Below are positions 1 to 8,708 of a stretch of 64,000 nucleotides of DNA, in pieces. The notes below the pieces were generated by a model, which was not told the DNA's origin, searched no databases, and saw nothing but the letters and a program-made list of their open reading frames with translations. The position numbers and the translations under genes were made by a program. Numbering within the stretch: position 1 is the stretch's first letter; each line of letters opens with the position of its first letter. The stretch comes from an uncultured delta proteobacterium (GTDB lineage: Bacteria; Myxococcota_A; Polyangia; Polyangiales; Houyiibacteriaceae), in contig CAVOVB010000004.1 in assembly GCA_963699755.1 (NCBI GenBank), positions 157,303 to 221,302 on the forward strand, in the 5' to 3' direction.

Positions 1-857
1 AGGGCAAAGGTCAGCGGTTTGCCAGGTTTGATGCGGACCTTCCAAAACCCCGGCTCGATGCCCAGGTTCGCAAACGCTTCATGGACGAAATCGTATGCAC
101 CCACCGACACGCCGCCCATGGTGATCACGACATCGGCCTCGAGCGCGCTTCGAAGCGCGGCTTCGATCTCTCGGAGGCTGTCGGACGCGGCCGGAAGGGG
201 GACCGGAATCACGCCCAAGGCGCGCAGCATTTCGGTGAGGACGTAGACATTGGAGTTGACGATCGCGCCGGGCTCGAGCTCTTCGCCGAGCGCGCGCAGC
301 TCGTCACCCGTGGAGAGCAGCGCGACCTCAGGTCGTCGATAGACCTGAACTCGGTCGATGTTCTGACTCGCAAGGAGACCGATTTCACCTGGCCAGAGGC
401 GGTCCCCCGGACGCAGAATAACCGCGCCGGATGAAACGTCGCTTCCCCGCGCACGCACGTGGTTGGCTTTGGGTGACGCCTCTCGAATCAGAACGCGGTC
501 ACCCTCGCGCTCGCTATCTTCTTGCACGACGACCGCGTCGGCACCCACCGGCATCGGCGCCCCGGTGAAAATACGGCACGCCACGCCCGGTTCGAGCGGC
601 GGCGGAAGCGGGCCTCCGGCGCGGGATTCGCCGCGAACCTCGAGCTCCACGGCCTTTGCCGCGCTGGCCAACTCGACATCGGTCGCGCGTACCGCGTACC
701 CGTCCATCGCGCTATTGTCGAAGGAGGGCGAGTCGAATCGCGCCCTCACCTCGTGCGAAAGATAGCGTCCAGACGCTTTGGTCAAATGCACCTCCTCCTC
801 TCCCAGAGGAGAAAACGCGGGCAACATCGAAGCAAGGGCCTCAGCGATCGATCGCAT
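1..857 (-). CDS. moeA: Molybdopterin molybdotransferase (gephyrin-like), partial; 3' end runs off the window
   Basis: Not in the ORF track (no stop in window). Manual minus-strand translation from ATG at 857 gives MRSIAEALASMLP...FDNSAMDGYAVRA...RIFTGAPMP...STGDELR...KVRIKPGKPLTFA, all MoeA motifs. Confidence 0.93.
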   Translation of the reverse strand, partial: MRSIAEALASMLPAFSPLGEEEVHLTKASGRYLSHEVRARFDSPSFDNSAMDGYAVRATDVELASAAKAVELEVRGESRAGGPLPPPLEPGVACRIFTGAPMPVGADAVVVQEDSEREGDRVLIREASPKANHVRARGSDVSSGAVILRPGDRLWPGEIGLLASQNIDRVQVYRRPEVALLSTGDELRALGEELEPGAIVNSNVYVLTEMLRALGVIPVPLPAASDSLREIEAALRSALEADVVITMGGVSVGAYDFVHEAFANLGIEPGFWKVRIKPGKPLTFA

Positions 858-861
858 GCGA

Positions 862-874
862 GCGTGAGCCTAGC
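862..874 (-). promoter_or_regulatory. Putative -10 element (TAGGCT) of a short-leader or leaderless promoter for moeA
   Basis: Minus strand reads GCTAGGCTCACGCtcgcATG: TAGGCT lies 9 nt before the ATG with no Shine-Dalgarno. The same 13-mer precedes the SPP gene. Confidence 0.45.
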
Positions 875-894
875 ATGCCTCGGCAACAAATCGG

Positions 895-1782
895 CTAGCT
901 CGGGCGAACACAGTTGCGGCCGGCGCGCTTGGCTTCGTAAAGCTGCATGTCGGCTGCGCGAACGAAGTCGTATGCACGCCAGTGCGGCTGAAGCTGAGCT
1001 ACCCCGCAGGAAATCGTGACGCCGATGTATTCGTCCTCGAAGATGAGGGATTCGCCGTCGATGATCTTCCGAAGCTCATCGGCAATGCGGATACCCCCTC
1101 CGAGATCGGTCTCGGGCAATACGATCGCGAGCTCCTCACCGCCGTACCTCGCGATCACGTCGTCAGGACGAATCCGACTCTTCGCAAGCTGCGCGATTTC
1201 CTTCAAGACGTAGTCCCCCGCCAGGTGACCGAACTCGTCGTTGACCAGCTTGAAGTGATCGATGTCGCAAATCACGATAGTCAGAGGGCGTCCGTGACGT
1301 ATTGCGCGCGACAGCTCCCGGTCGAGCTGCTCGACGAGGTAGCGCTTGTTGTGGATGCCGGTGAGGCCATCCATGATGGTCATGCGGTAGATTGTCTCGT
1401 GGTATTGCGACTCGAGGTCGGCGCCACTCAGAAACTTCAGAATCGTATCGCCGATCTTGATCTGATCCCCGCGGCGAAGTTGGCACCGCTGCACGAGCTC
1501 GTCATTGACGTAAGTGCCGTTGGTCGAATGCATGTCCACGAGGTGGTAGACCCCCGACCGGATCTCGATGCGTGCATGTTGCCGGGAAATGCTATCGCTG
1601 TGCAGGACGACGCTGTTTTCGATACCGCGGCCAATCCTGACCTCGCCATCGACCAAGGAGAATCGCTTTCCGAGTTGCTTGCTGCTCGGCGCGTAGATCA
1701 CGACCAGGCAGTCCTGCCCTGCTCCCGCCGTGATGTGAGGCTGCGAAAAGGGGGCAACCCTCGTCTTGATCTCGCTGTCCAC
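895..1782 (-). CDS. FHA-domain diguanylate cyclase
   Basis: FHA motifs (IGRG, SRQHARI, STNGTYVN) then GGDEF domain (DIDHFKLVNDEFGHLAGD, RYGGEEL) with an RPDD I-site. Start taken at GTG 1782 to avoid overlap with the upstream gene. Confidence 0.92.
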   Translation of the reverse strand: MDSEIKTRVAPFSQPHITAGAGQDCLVVIYAPSSKQLGKRFSLVDGEVRIGRGIENSVVLHSDSISRQHARIEIRSGVYHLVDMHSTNGTYVNDELVQRCQLRRGDQIKIGDTILKFLSGADLESQYHETIYRMTIMDGLTGIHNKRYLVEQLDRELSRAIRHGRPLTIVICDIDHFKLVNDEFGHLAGDYVLKEIAQLAKSRIRPDDVIARYGGEELAIVLPETDLGGGIRIADELRKIIDGESLIFEDEYIGVTISCGVAQLQPHWRAYDFVRAADMQLYEAKRAGRNCVRPS

Positions 1783-1817
1783 GGTCCACCTAAGGGTAGA
1801 TAGGGCACAATGCGGCG

Positions 1818-2375
1818 TCAATGTCGGCGGATGAAGGCCATGTTGCGCTGATTGATCCAAACGTGCGCCAAGACCGGACCCCAGAGCACGCCCGTGAGCT
1901 CGAAAATCGCCCCGAGCAAGAGCCCCATGACGACGGCCCAACCGGCCCAGGCCAAGAAGACCTTCTTCGGCCCTACGTGAAGTGCGCCGAAGACCAGCGA
2001 GGCGGGAAGCAAGCCGAGGGCGGGCTGGAGCGCGCCGCGAAAGAAGAGCTCCTCACCAAGACCGGAGGCGAGGGCTAGCAGGGTGATCTCAGCGGACGAA
2101 AGCGGGCTGATGATCTCTTTGAGCGCGACGTGGAGCGCGTGCGCCCAGTTCGTTCGTTCGACGAGGGGTGGTGTCGCCGCCACGACGAGGAGGGCCAGCA
2201 CGAGACCCAACACGAGCGAGAGCGAGAGGCGGAATGGATAAGGCGCGGAGAGCCACGACGAGTCGAGTGACCAAGCGAAACGGCCGCCCCCAAACCAGGC
2301 CCAAGCGAGCCCCAGCAGGGAGAGCGGTACGTAAACGATCAGCGCGAATCGGGTGATCGGTGTAGGCGATGGCAA
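1818..2375 (-). CDS. CPBP-family (CAAX/Abi) intramembrane metalloprotease
   Basis: Hydrophobic protein with EELFFRG, FGALH and AHxxxN motifs. Start uncertain (TTG 2375). Confidence 0.85.
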   Translation of the reverse strand: MPSPTPITRFALIVYVPLSLLGLAWAWFGGGRFAWSLDSSWLSAPYPFRLSLSLVLGLVLALLVVAATPPLVERTNWAHALHVALKEIISPLSSAEITLLALASGLGEELFFRGALQPALGLLPASLVFGALHVGPKKVFLAWAGWAVVMGLLLGAIFELTGVLWGPVLAHVWINQRNMAFIRRH

Positions 2376-2432
2376 GGTCGAGCGGGATGTATCAAAGTGC
2401 CCATCGAGCCGCAATGCAAGCGAGACGCAGAT

Positions 2433-2462
2433 TTGACACGCCAGTGGGGCGCGGAGTACTAG
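2433..2462 (+). promoter_or_regulatory. Possible sigma-70 promoter for the HD-GYP gene
   Basis: Perfect TTGACA at 2433-2438, then a weak -10 (TACTAG) 18 nt later, just upstream of ATG 2479. Confidence 0.35.
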
Positions 2463-2478
2463 CCAGGACCATAGGCGC

Positions 2479-4008
2479 ATGAGCGGACTGCCCGGCGAAG
2501 ATGTCGCGAAGGTTCTCGTGGTCGACGACGAAGAAGTGATCCGGGAGATTCTCGCGGACTTCCTGACCATGGAGGGGTTCTACGTTCGCACCGCGGGGGA
2601 TGGAAGCGACGCCCTCGTCGAGCTCTCGCGCGACCGATTCGACCTGGTCCTGAGCGACCTGAAGATGCCGAACATGGGCGGCCTGGAGCTGCTGGGCGCC
2701 ATTCGCAAACACGCGCCGCAGGTCGTGACGATCATCATGACGGGATTCGGGACGGTCGAAACCGCGATCGAAGCGATGAAACAAGGTGCCTACGACTATG
2801 TTCTCAAGCCCTTCAAAGTAGAAGAGGTCGTCCACACGATCAGGCGCGGACTCGAGAAGCAGCGGCTCCAGGCCGAAAACTTCCGACTCAAGGAGGCACT
2901 TTCGCTCTACAAGGTCAGCGAGGCCATAGCGGCGAGTCTCTCCTTGGAGCAGGTGGTGCACACCTTGACCCGAGCCGCAATCGACGAGGTCGACTCCGAC
3001 TTGGTCACCGTGCTTCTGAGCGACGGCGGTGGAAGCTTCTATCGTCGAAATACCGAGCTCAATCCAAACTTCCGACTGCGACGCGAACCCGACCCGCTCA
3101 GCGTCGAGGCGCTGGGCGAGCACTTCGTCGACGCGCCTGCACTCCTCGAACATGGCGAGCGCTGCTGGCGCTATTTCGAAGCGCTGGGAGAGGAGCCGTC
3201 TCCTCATTCCCTTGCCGTGGCACGGCTGACCGCACGTGGAGAAACGATCGGGTTTCTATGCGCGCTCAGCTACACCAAGGGCAAGCGCTTCGACGAGGGC
3301 CAACGAAAGCTCCTACACGCCACCGCAGACCGCGCGTCCGCCGCAATCGAAAACGCGCGGCTCTACGAGGACCTGCAAGCGACGTTCAAGCAGACCATTC
3401 GCGGGCTAGCTAGCGCGATCGACAAGATGGATCGGTACACGGCCGGCCACTCTGCACGCGTCGCCGCCTATGCGCAGATTCTCGCGATCAAGCTCGGTCT
3501 CAGCGATGCCGACATCGAAATCGTCCGCCAGTCGGCGCTCATGCACGACATCGGCAAAATTGGCTGCGTGATGAACCTCAACAAGCCCGGCAAGCTCTCG
3601 CAGCAGGAATACGAGATCTTCAAGCAGCATCCTGAGCACGGTCGTGACATCTTGCAGCCCATCGAATTCCTTCACCCTCTCATTCCTGGCGTGCATCTGC
3701 ACCATGAGCGCTGGGACGGGCTTGGTTACCCGCTCGGGCTTCAGGGCAACGATGTGCCGCTCGTTGCGCGCGTCATCGCCGTAGCAGACACCTACGATGC
3801 CATGACAAGTGACCGCGCCTACCGGAAGGCGCTCCACCACGACATCGCGATCTCCGAAATCAATCGCTGCGGCGGAAGCCAATTCGACCCAGAGCTCGCA
3901 CACGGCTTTCTGCAATCGCTCGAAGAATTTCGCAAGGAAGGAAGAACCCTCAAAGAGTTTCCCGACGTGCGGGAAACGCGATCGGGCATCATGGCGCCAA
4001 GTAGGTAA
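2479..4008 (+). CDS. Response regulator, REC-GAF-HD-GYP cyclic-dinucleotide phosphodiesterase
   Basis: REC (VVDDE, SDLKMP, KPF), GAF-like middle (AAIENARLY), HD-GYP (GHSARV, MHDIGK, HHERWDGLGYP, DTYDAMTSDRAYR). Confidence 0.93.
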   Translation: MSGLPGEDVAKVLVVDDEEVIREILADFLTMEGFYVRTAGDGSDALVELSRDRFDLVLSDLKMPNMGGLELLGAIRKHAPQVVTIIMTGFGTVETAIEAMKQGAYDYVLKPFKVEEVVHTIRRGLEKQRLQAENFRLKEALSLYKVSEAIAASLSLEQVVHTLTRAAIDEVDSDLVTVLLSDGGGSFYRRNTELNPNFRLRREPDPLSVEALGEHFVDAPALLEHGERCWRYFEALGEEPSPHSLAVARLTARGETIGFLCALSYTKGKRFDEGQRKLLHATADRASAAIENARLYEDLQATFKQTIRGLASAIDKMDRYTAGHSARVAAYAQILAIKLGLSDADIEIVRQSALMHDIGKIGCVMNLNKPGKLSQQEYEIFKQHPEHGRDILQPIEFLHPLIPGVHLHHERWDGLGYPLGLQGNDVPLVARVIAVADTYDAMTSDRAYRKALHHDIAISEINRCGGSQFDPELAHGFLQSLEEFRKEGRTLKEFPDVRETRSGIMAPSR

Positions 4009-4420
4009 CTGCGCTGATCGGGGGCTCGGGCATCGCGAATGCCGCGTTCCAGCGGCGCGAAGACACAGGCGCCGACCAGCGCCTCGTGATGGGAGCGTAG
4101 TTGGGCAACTCGAAGCGCGTGACGAGCGTGATCCTCGGGCCGCCGGCGACCCTGAGGCTTCGTGGCGAGACGGAAACCAGAGTCAGCGTTTGAGCGGGGC
4201 CGATCGACGGATCGGTGTAGTCGAGCTCGCCTAGACCCTCGGACGCGAGCCGGCGGATGGTGATTTCGTCGCGGAAAGACCGTGTGGTCGTGACGACGTG
4301 AGCACGCCCGTCCTTGGATTCGGTTGGGCCGGTCGCGAATTGGGGCGGATTACCCAATTGATCGCAAGCAACCAGCAGGCCGAGCAGCCCGATGAAGCAC
4401 GCGAGCCTAGTTCGACTCAC
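3989..4420 (-). CDS. Hypothetical lipoprotein
   Basis: GTG 4420 overlaps the upstream gene end. Signal peptide with lipobox LLVA-C. Confidence 0.55.
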   Translation of the reverse strand: MSRTRLACFIGLLGLLVACDQLGNPPQFATGPTESKDGRAHVVTTTRSFRDEITIRRLASEGLGELDYTDPSIGPAQTLTLVSVSPRSLRVAGGPRITLVTRFELPNYAPITRRWSAPVSSRRWNAAFAMPEPPISAVTYLAP

Positions 4421-6083
4421 GGCTTCGCTCTCGCGCGACGTCCTGCTCGGTGGCGACGCCTGGCACGGGCAGCTGGGCGTCTCCAACGTCTTCCTTGTCC
4501 TGCCAGGGGTACTTGATGCGGTTGTGGTTGGCATTGCAAAGCGTGTCGATCAGCGTGCTCTGAATTACCCGCAGATCTTCCATCGTGAGTCCACACTCGT
4601 CGAGCTGACCTTGGCGCAATTTGACGTTCATCACACGCTGCACGATCGCCTCGAACTTCTCGCGGCTGGGCTCAGCCACCGTCCGTGCGGCGGCTTCGAT
4701 CGCGTCGACCAGCATCAAGATGGCGGTCTCTTTGGTGCGTGGCCGCATGCCCGGGTATCGGAACGCAGCTTCGGAAAGCCCCTTTTGGTTCCCCTCTTCC
4801 AAGCACTTGTGCCAGAAGTACTCGATCACGCTGGTTCCATGATGCGTGTACGCGAACTCCACGATTGGTTCGGGGATGCCTCCCTCTCGAAGAATTCGCA
4901 CACCCTCGACCACGTGTGCCATGATCGCGTCTGCGCTCACATCCGGATCCAAGTCGGCGTGCGGGGAGGGCTCGCCCGAAACCAGGTTCTCGACGTAGTA
5001 CTTCGGCTGAATCGTCTTGCCGAGGTCGTGGTAGTAGGCGCCGACACGGGTGAGCAGAGCGTCCGCGCCGACCACGGCGGCCGCACCTTCGGCGAGGTTT
5101 GCCATCGCTCTGGCGTGCTGCCAGGACCCGGGCGCGTCGCGCGACATCTTGCGCAAGAGGGGATGGTCGACGTCGGTGAGATCCTGGAGGCGGCGACGCG
5201 CGACGACTCCAAGGGCGGCCGTTGCGACCCGCTGTAGGGCCACGGCGAGCACGCCCGAAATCATTCCGCCCGCGATGGTCGAAAGGAGCGTCGACTCGTT
5301 GAGCTTGGCCAAGTCGGCAATGACGTCGATCTCTTTTCCCACCGACATCGCGACGACGATCAAGACCAAGGCCGCGAAAAGGCCTGCGGCCGTGCCGGCG
5401 ACGAGCATGTCGGTGGCGTGCTTGCGGTCATAGAAGAAGACCACCACGCCAAGCGTGGTCGCGAGATAGACGACGACCACGGGCATCGAGAAGTTCAAAA
5501 ACGATGCGCAGACGAGTGTGATGACCAGGCCCGACGCGGTCGCGGACGCCCGATTGAAGTAGAGCGCCGCCCACAGGGGCACGGTTGCCAAAGGCAACAA
5601 GAAAGGAGACAGCCCGGTGAACAGCAGAAGGACCTTCGCGCCGAGGCAAGTCACTCCGATCAGCACGAGAAGGCCTGACTGTGTTCGCAGCAATCCGCCA
5701 CGGCCGCCTGTGAACAAGCGCAAATACGCGAGAAAGATATAGGCGATCAGGAAATAGCTAATCCACACGCCCAGCAGGGTGCTCTGGTCTGGAGGACGAC
5801 GTTCCCGTTCGAAGGCCCGAACCACGCGCTGAGTCGCGGGATCATCGACGACCTCGCCGCGAGGGATCACGAGCGGCTCGGGCAGGCCGCGATTCCTTCT
5901 CAGGAGGTCCTGCGGCAGATAGCTACTCGGGATCCGCAGTGCGACTGGAGCTGGGCGCGCCGGATCCACACGAAGTGGCTCGAGGACGACCTCGACCTGA
6001 CTTGCGAGCGTAATGAGCGAGGCGAAGACAGCACTCAGGATCAAGCCCGAGGTACGACCAGCGATGAGGCGTGTGCGGAGCAT
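4407..6083 (-). CDS. 7TM-HD (HDIG) membrane phosphohydrolase, PgpH-like
   Basis: Multiple TM helices followed by HPLLR..APGSWQH, YYHDLGK, HHGT, FRYPG.RP, ADxxEAA-like (VDAIEAA). Confidence 0.88.
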   Translation of the reverse strand: MLRTRLIAGRTSGLILSAVFASLITLASQVEVVLEPLRVDPARPAPVALRIPSSYLPQDLLRRNRGLPEPLVIPRGEVVDDPATQRVVRAFERERRPPDQSTLLGVWISYFLIAYIFLAYLRLFTGGRGGLLRTQSGLLVLIGVTCLGAKVLLLFTGLSPFLLPLATVPLWAALYFNRASATASGLVITLVCASFLNFSMPVVVVYLATTLGVVVFFYDRKHATDMLVAGTAAGLFAALVLIVVAMSVGKEIDVIADLAKLNESTLLSTIAGGMISGVLAVALQRVATAALGVVARRRLQDLTDVDHPLLRKMSRDAPGSWQHARAMANLAEGAAAVVGADALLTRVGAYYHDLGKTIQPKYYVENLVSGEPSPHADLDPDVSADAIMAHVVEGVRILREGGIPEPIVEFAYTHHGTSVIEYFWHKCLEEGNQKGLSEAAFRYPGMRPRTKETAILMLVDAIEAAARTVAEPSREKFEAIVQRVMNVKLRQGQLDECGLTMEDLRVIQSTLIDTLCNANHNRIKYPWQDKEDVGDAQLPVPGVATEQDVARERSRESN

Positions 6084-6112
6084 CGTATGGGAATCATCCC
6101 GCCGAGGGGACC

Positions 6113-7018
6113 CTAGTGAGCCGCCTCCGCGGATTCAAGTGTCTCTGTGCCTCGTCGCCCCAACATCTCGCCTGCTGACCCCTCGAACGCCAGGATACCG
6201 AATCGTCGCGGCACATGGAAATCGCCAATTCTCGGTGGGGACCATGCGGCGGCCTGCTGCCGGTCTGCACCGAGGTCCATCACATAGAGGTTTGCACGCC
6301 ATTCGTCCCCGATTGCGGGCGGCGGAAAGGAGCTCCCGTCGAGACTGAACGCCTGCCACGGGATCGCGATTTCGATGGCGTATCCCGCATCGGGCTCACG
6401 ATCGTCGATCTTTCCGCGTGCTGACACACCGATTCGGATTTTGCTGTCCCAGTCGACATGTCCGAAGGGCCTGGGAACGCGCCGCGAATCGTATCGGGTG
6501 TCGAAGACCACGCCGCGCGGTGAGACCTGGATTTCGAAATAGCTCTTCTCGTCGCCATCGGGATCGACCATCAGCTCGACGCAGTCCTGTTCCCAGAGGT
6601 GCTCGTCGCGTCGCGTATGGCTCGCGCGGAGCAAGGCGTCCTTCACGTCGACACCCACGTACAAGTAGTGAGCATCCCAAAGAAGCTTTGCAGAAGCCTG
6701 AATGCCCGCGACGCCTCCTTCACGCGTTTCGACGAACGCGCGACTAGCCTTCGCAAGCTCCCAGACGGACTCGTCGAATGAGCCGTCCAACTTTGGCGAG
6801 CGTTCGGTCTGGAGAACCGCGAGTCTGGGCAGAGCGTGTTGCTTGCCGCCTGGGTTGTTGCCGTTGGCAGTCGAGATGCTCGCTGCCAGCGCTCGGCGCT
6901 CCGCATCTGCGATCTGATCACCAGCTTGTAGGCGCTCCGCGTCGCTCGTACATGCTGCGATCGAACCGAGGGAAAGAAAGGCCCAGCAGAGCCTGAAAGG
7001 CACGAGGCTCGCGTTCAT
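6113..7018 (-). CDS. Lipoprotein with CBM9/DOMON-like sugar-binding domain
   Basis: Lipobox IAA-C; KLDG..DE..W, LWD..YLYV, DCVELMVDP, EIAIPW, WRANLY pattern typical of CBM9-like proteins. Confidence 0.78.
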   Translation of the reverse strand: MNASLVPFRLCWAFLSLGSIAACTSDAERLQAGDQIADAERRALAASISTANGNNPGGKQHALPRLAVLQTERSPKLDGSFDESVWELAKASRAFVETREGGVAGIQASAKLLWDAHYLYVGVDVKDALLRASHTRRDEHLWEQDCVELMVDPDGDEKSYFEIQVSPRGVVFDTRYDSRRVPRPFGHVDWDSKIRIGVSARGKIDDREPDAGYAIEIAIPWQAFSLDGSSFPPPAIGDEWRANLYVMDLGADRQQAAAWSPPRIGDFHVPRRFGILAFEGSAGEMLGRRGTETLESAEAAH

Positions 7019-8598
7019 CGCCGCGACTTGCGGCGTGACTTCTGCTGCATCTTTCGTTTCGATTTCTTTTTGCCCTTGTCGACGACGCGGCGAGGCGCCT
7101 GTGGTCCGCCTGGCCCGAAACCGCCTTGCCCTGCGACCGCTGCTTCGAGCAAAGAGTCCGCGAGGTTCGCCATCATCGGGTTGCCCTCGAGCCCGCCGGT
7201 CTTGACCGCCTCGCGAAGTCGATTCGCCGCCGCCATCTGCTTCATGCCCGGAATCTTGGAAAGCATGCCGGCCTGCGAGCCGATACTCCCCATCATCTGC
7301 TTCATGAATGCAAAGCGTTGAAGGATCTCGGCGACCTGCTTCTCGCTCGTGCCGGAGCCCTTGGCGACGCGCACGAGACGCGCTGGCTGCTTTTGGAAGA
7401 GCTCGGCCGTGGCGCGCTCCTGCCGAGTCATCGAGCTCACGATCGCCTTGATTTGGCCGATTTCACGCTCGTCGACCTGAAAGCCTTCGGGCATGCTGTC
7501 GGCGAAAAACGGAACCTTGTCGAGCAGGTCCTGAAGCGGGCCCATGTTTTGCAAAGTCTGAAGCTGCTCGAGGAAATCATCGAGCGTGAACTGACCGCGC
7601 AGCATCCGCTTGGCGTCTTGCTCAGCCTTCTTCTCGTCGACGACCTCCTCGAAGTCTTTCATCAGGCCGACGACATCACCCATACCGAGAATGCGGCTCG
7701 CCATGCCGTCGGCACGGAACTCCTCGAGCCGGTCGAGCGCCTCGCCGGTGCCGGCAAATTTCACTGCCGTCCCGGTCGCGTTCTTGATCGAAATCGCGGC
7801 TCCACCGCGCGCGTCACCATCGAGCTTGGTCAGGATGACGCCGCTCAAGCCGAGCAAGTCGTGGAAAGACTTCGCGGTCTTCACCGAGTCCTGGCCGATC
7901 ATGGCATCGACGACGAGAAATACATTCTGCGGATTGACCGACGCACGAATCTCATCAAGCTCCTTCATGAGCGCTTCGTCGATCGCGAGGCGGCCGGCAG
8001 TGTCGTAGATTACCGTGTCGCATTTAAGCTTCTTTGCGTGAGCGAGACCGCGCTTGCAGATCTCGAGCGGGAGCCCGCCGGGAATTGAGAAGACCGGAAC
8101 GTTGATTTGCTCGCCGAGGACCTGAAGCTGCTCAATTGCGCCTGGACGGGCGACGTCAGCGGCGACGAGCAGAGGTTTGCGCGCCTTGTTCGTTTCGAGC
8201 AGCCGCGCCAGCTTCGCCGAGCTGGTCGTCTTACCCGACCCTTGGAGCCCAACCATCATGATGCCTGTCGGCTTCGGCTTCTTGGCGAACTCCACCGGCT
8301 CGCCTTCGAAGGCCATCATCGACTCGAGCTCGTCCTGGCAGATCTTCACGAACCGCTCGGCGGGGCCGATCTTGAGCCTGCGCTTCGCCGACTTCGCCGA
8401 GGTCTCCACGACGGTGCCGATGGCTTTTTCCTTCACCCGCGAGAGAAACGCCTTGGTGACGCCGAACTCGACGTCGGCTTCGAGCAAGGACAGGCGTACG
8501 TCGCGGAGCGCCTGATCGATGTTCTCTTCGGTGAGCTCGGTGACTCCGGCGAGGCGATTGCGGGCGTTACGAAAGCCCTTTGTGAGCGTCTCAAACAT
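7015..8598 (-). CDS. ffh: Signal recognition particle protein
   Basis: LLEADV, GLQGSGKTT, DTAGR, TKLDGDARGG, SRILGMGD, M-domain FTLDDF. Start at MFETL. Confidence 0.97.
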   Translation of the reverse strand: MFETLTKGFRNARNRLAGVTELTEENIDQALRDVRLSLLEADVEFGVTKAFLSRVKEKAIGTVVETSAKSAKRRLKIGPAERFVKICQDELESMMAFEGEPVEFAKKPKPTGIMMVGLQGSGKTTSSAKLARLLETNKARKPLLVAADVARPGAIEQLQVLGEQINVPVFSIPGGLPLEICKRGLAHAKKLKCDTVIYDTAGRLAIDEALMKELDEIRASVNPQNVFLVVDAMIGQDSVKTAKSFHDLLGLSGVILTKLDGDARGGAAISIKNATGTAVKFAGTGEALDRLEEFRADGMASRILGMGDVVGLMKDFEEVVDEKKAEQDAKRMLRGQFTLDDFLEQLQTLQNMGPLQDLLDKVPFFADSMPEGFQVDEREIGQIKAIVSSMTRQERATAELFQKQPARLVRVAKGSGTSEKQVAEILQRFAFMKQMMGSIGSQAGMLSKIPGMKQMAAANRLREAVKTGGLEGNPMMANLADSLLEAAVAGQGGFGPGGPQAPRRVVDKGKKKSKRKMQQKSRRKSRR

Positions 8599-8708
8599 GA
8601 GGGAATTGTTTCGGGGGCTGCGGCTCGGCGCGTAGCATGCGGCGAAGCCGACGCGCAACCTGCTTCACGCCTTGACCTCTGGTTTCGGGCGTTGGATGGT
8701 GCCCGGAC

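Noticed and set aside
1190..1270. Possible Hypr (cGAMP-forming) GGDEF
   Set aside because: The specificity residue is the canonical Asp (GHLAGD), not Ser/Thr.
1818..2375. 'Abi' protease as an anti-phage gene
   Set aside because: Ordinary CPBP family member with no defence context.
3780..3835. Possible cGAMP-specific (PmxA-type) HD-GYP
   Set aside because: The motif reads DRAYRK, the basic form associated with c-di-GMP; no positive evidence for cGAMP.
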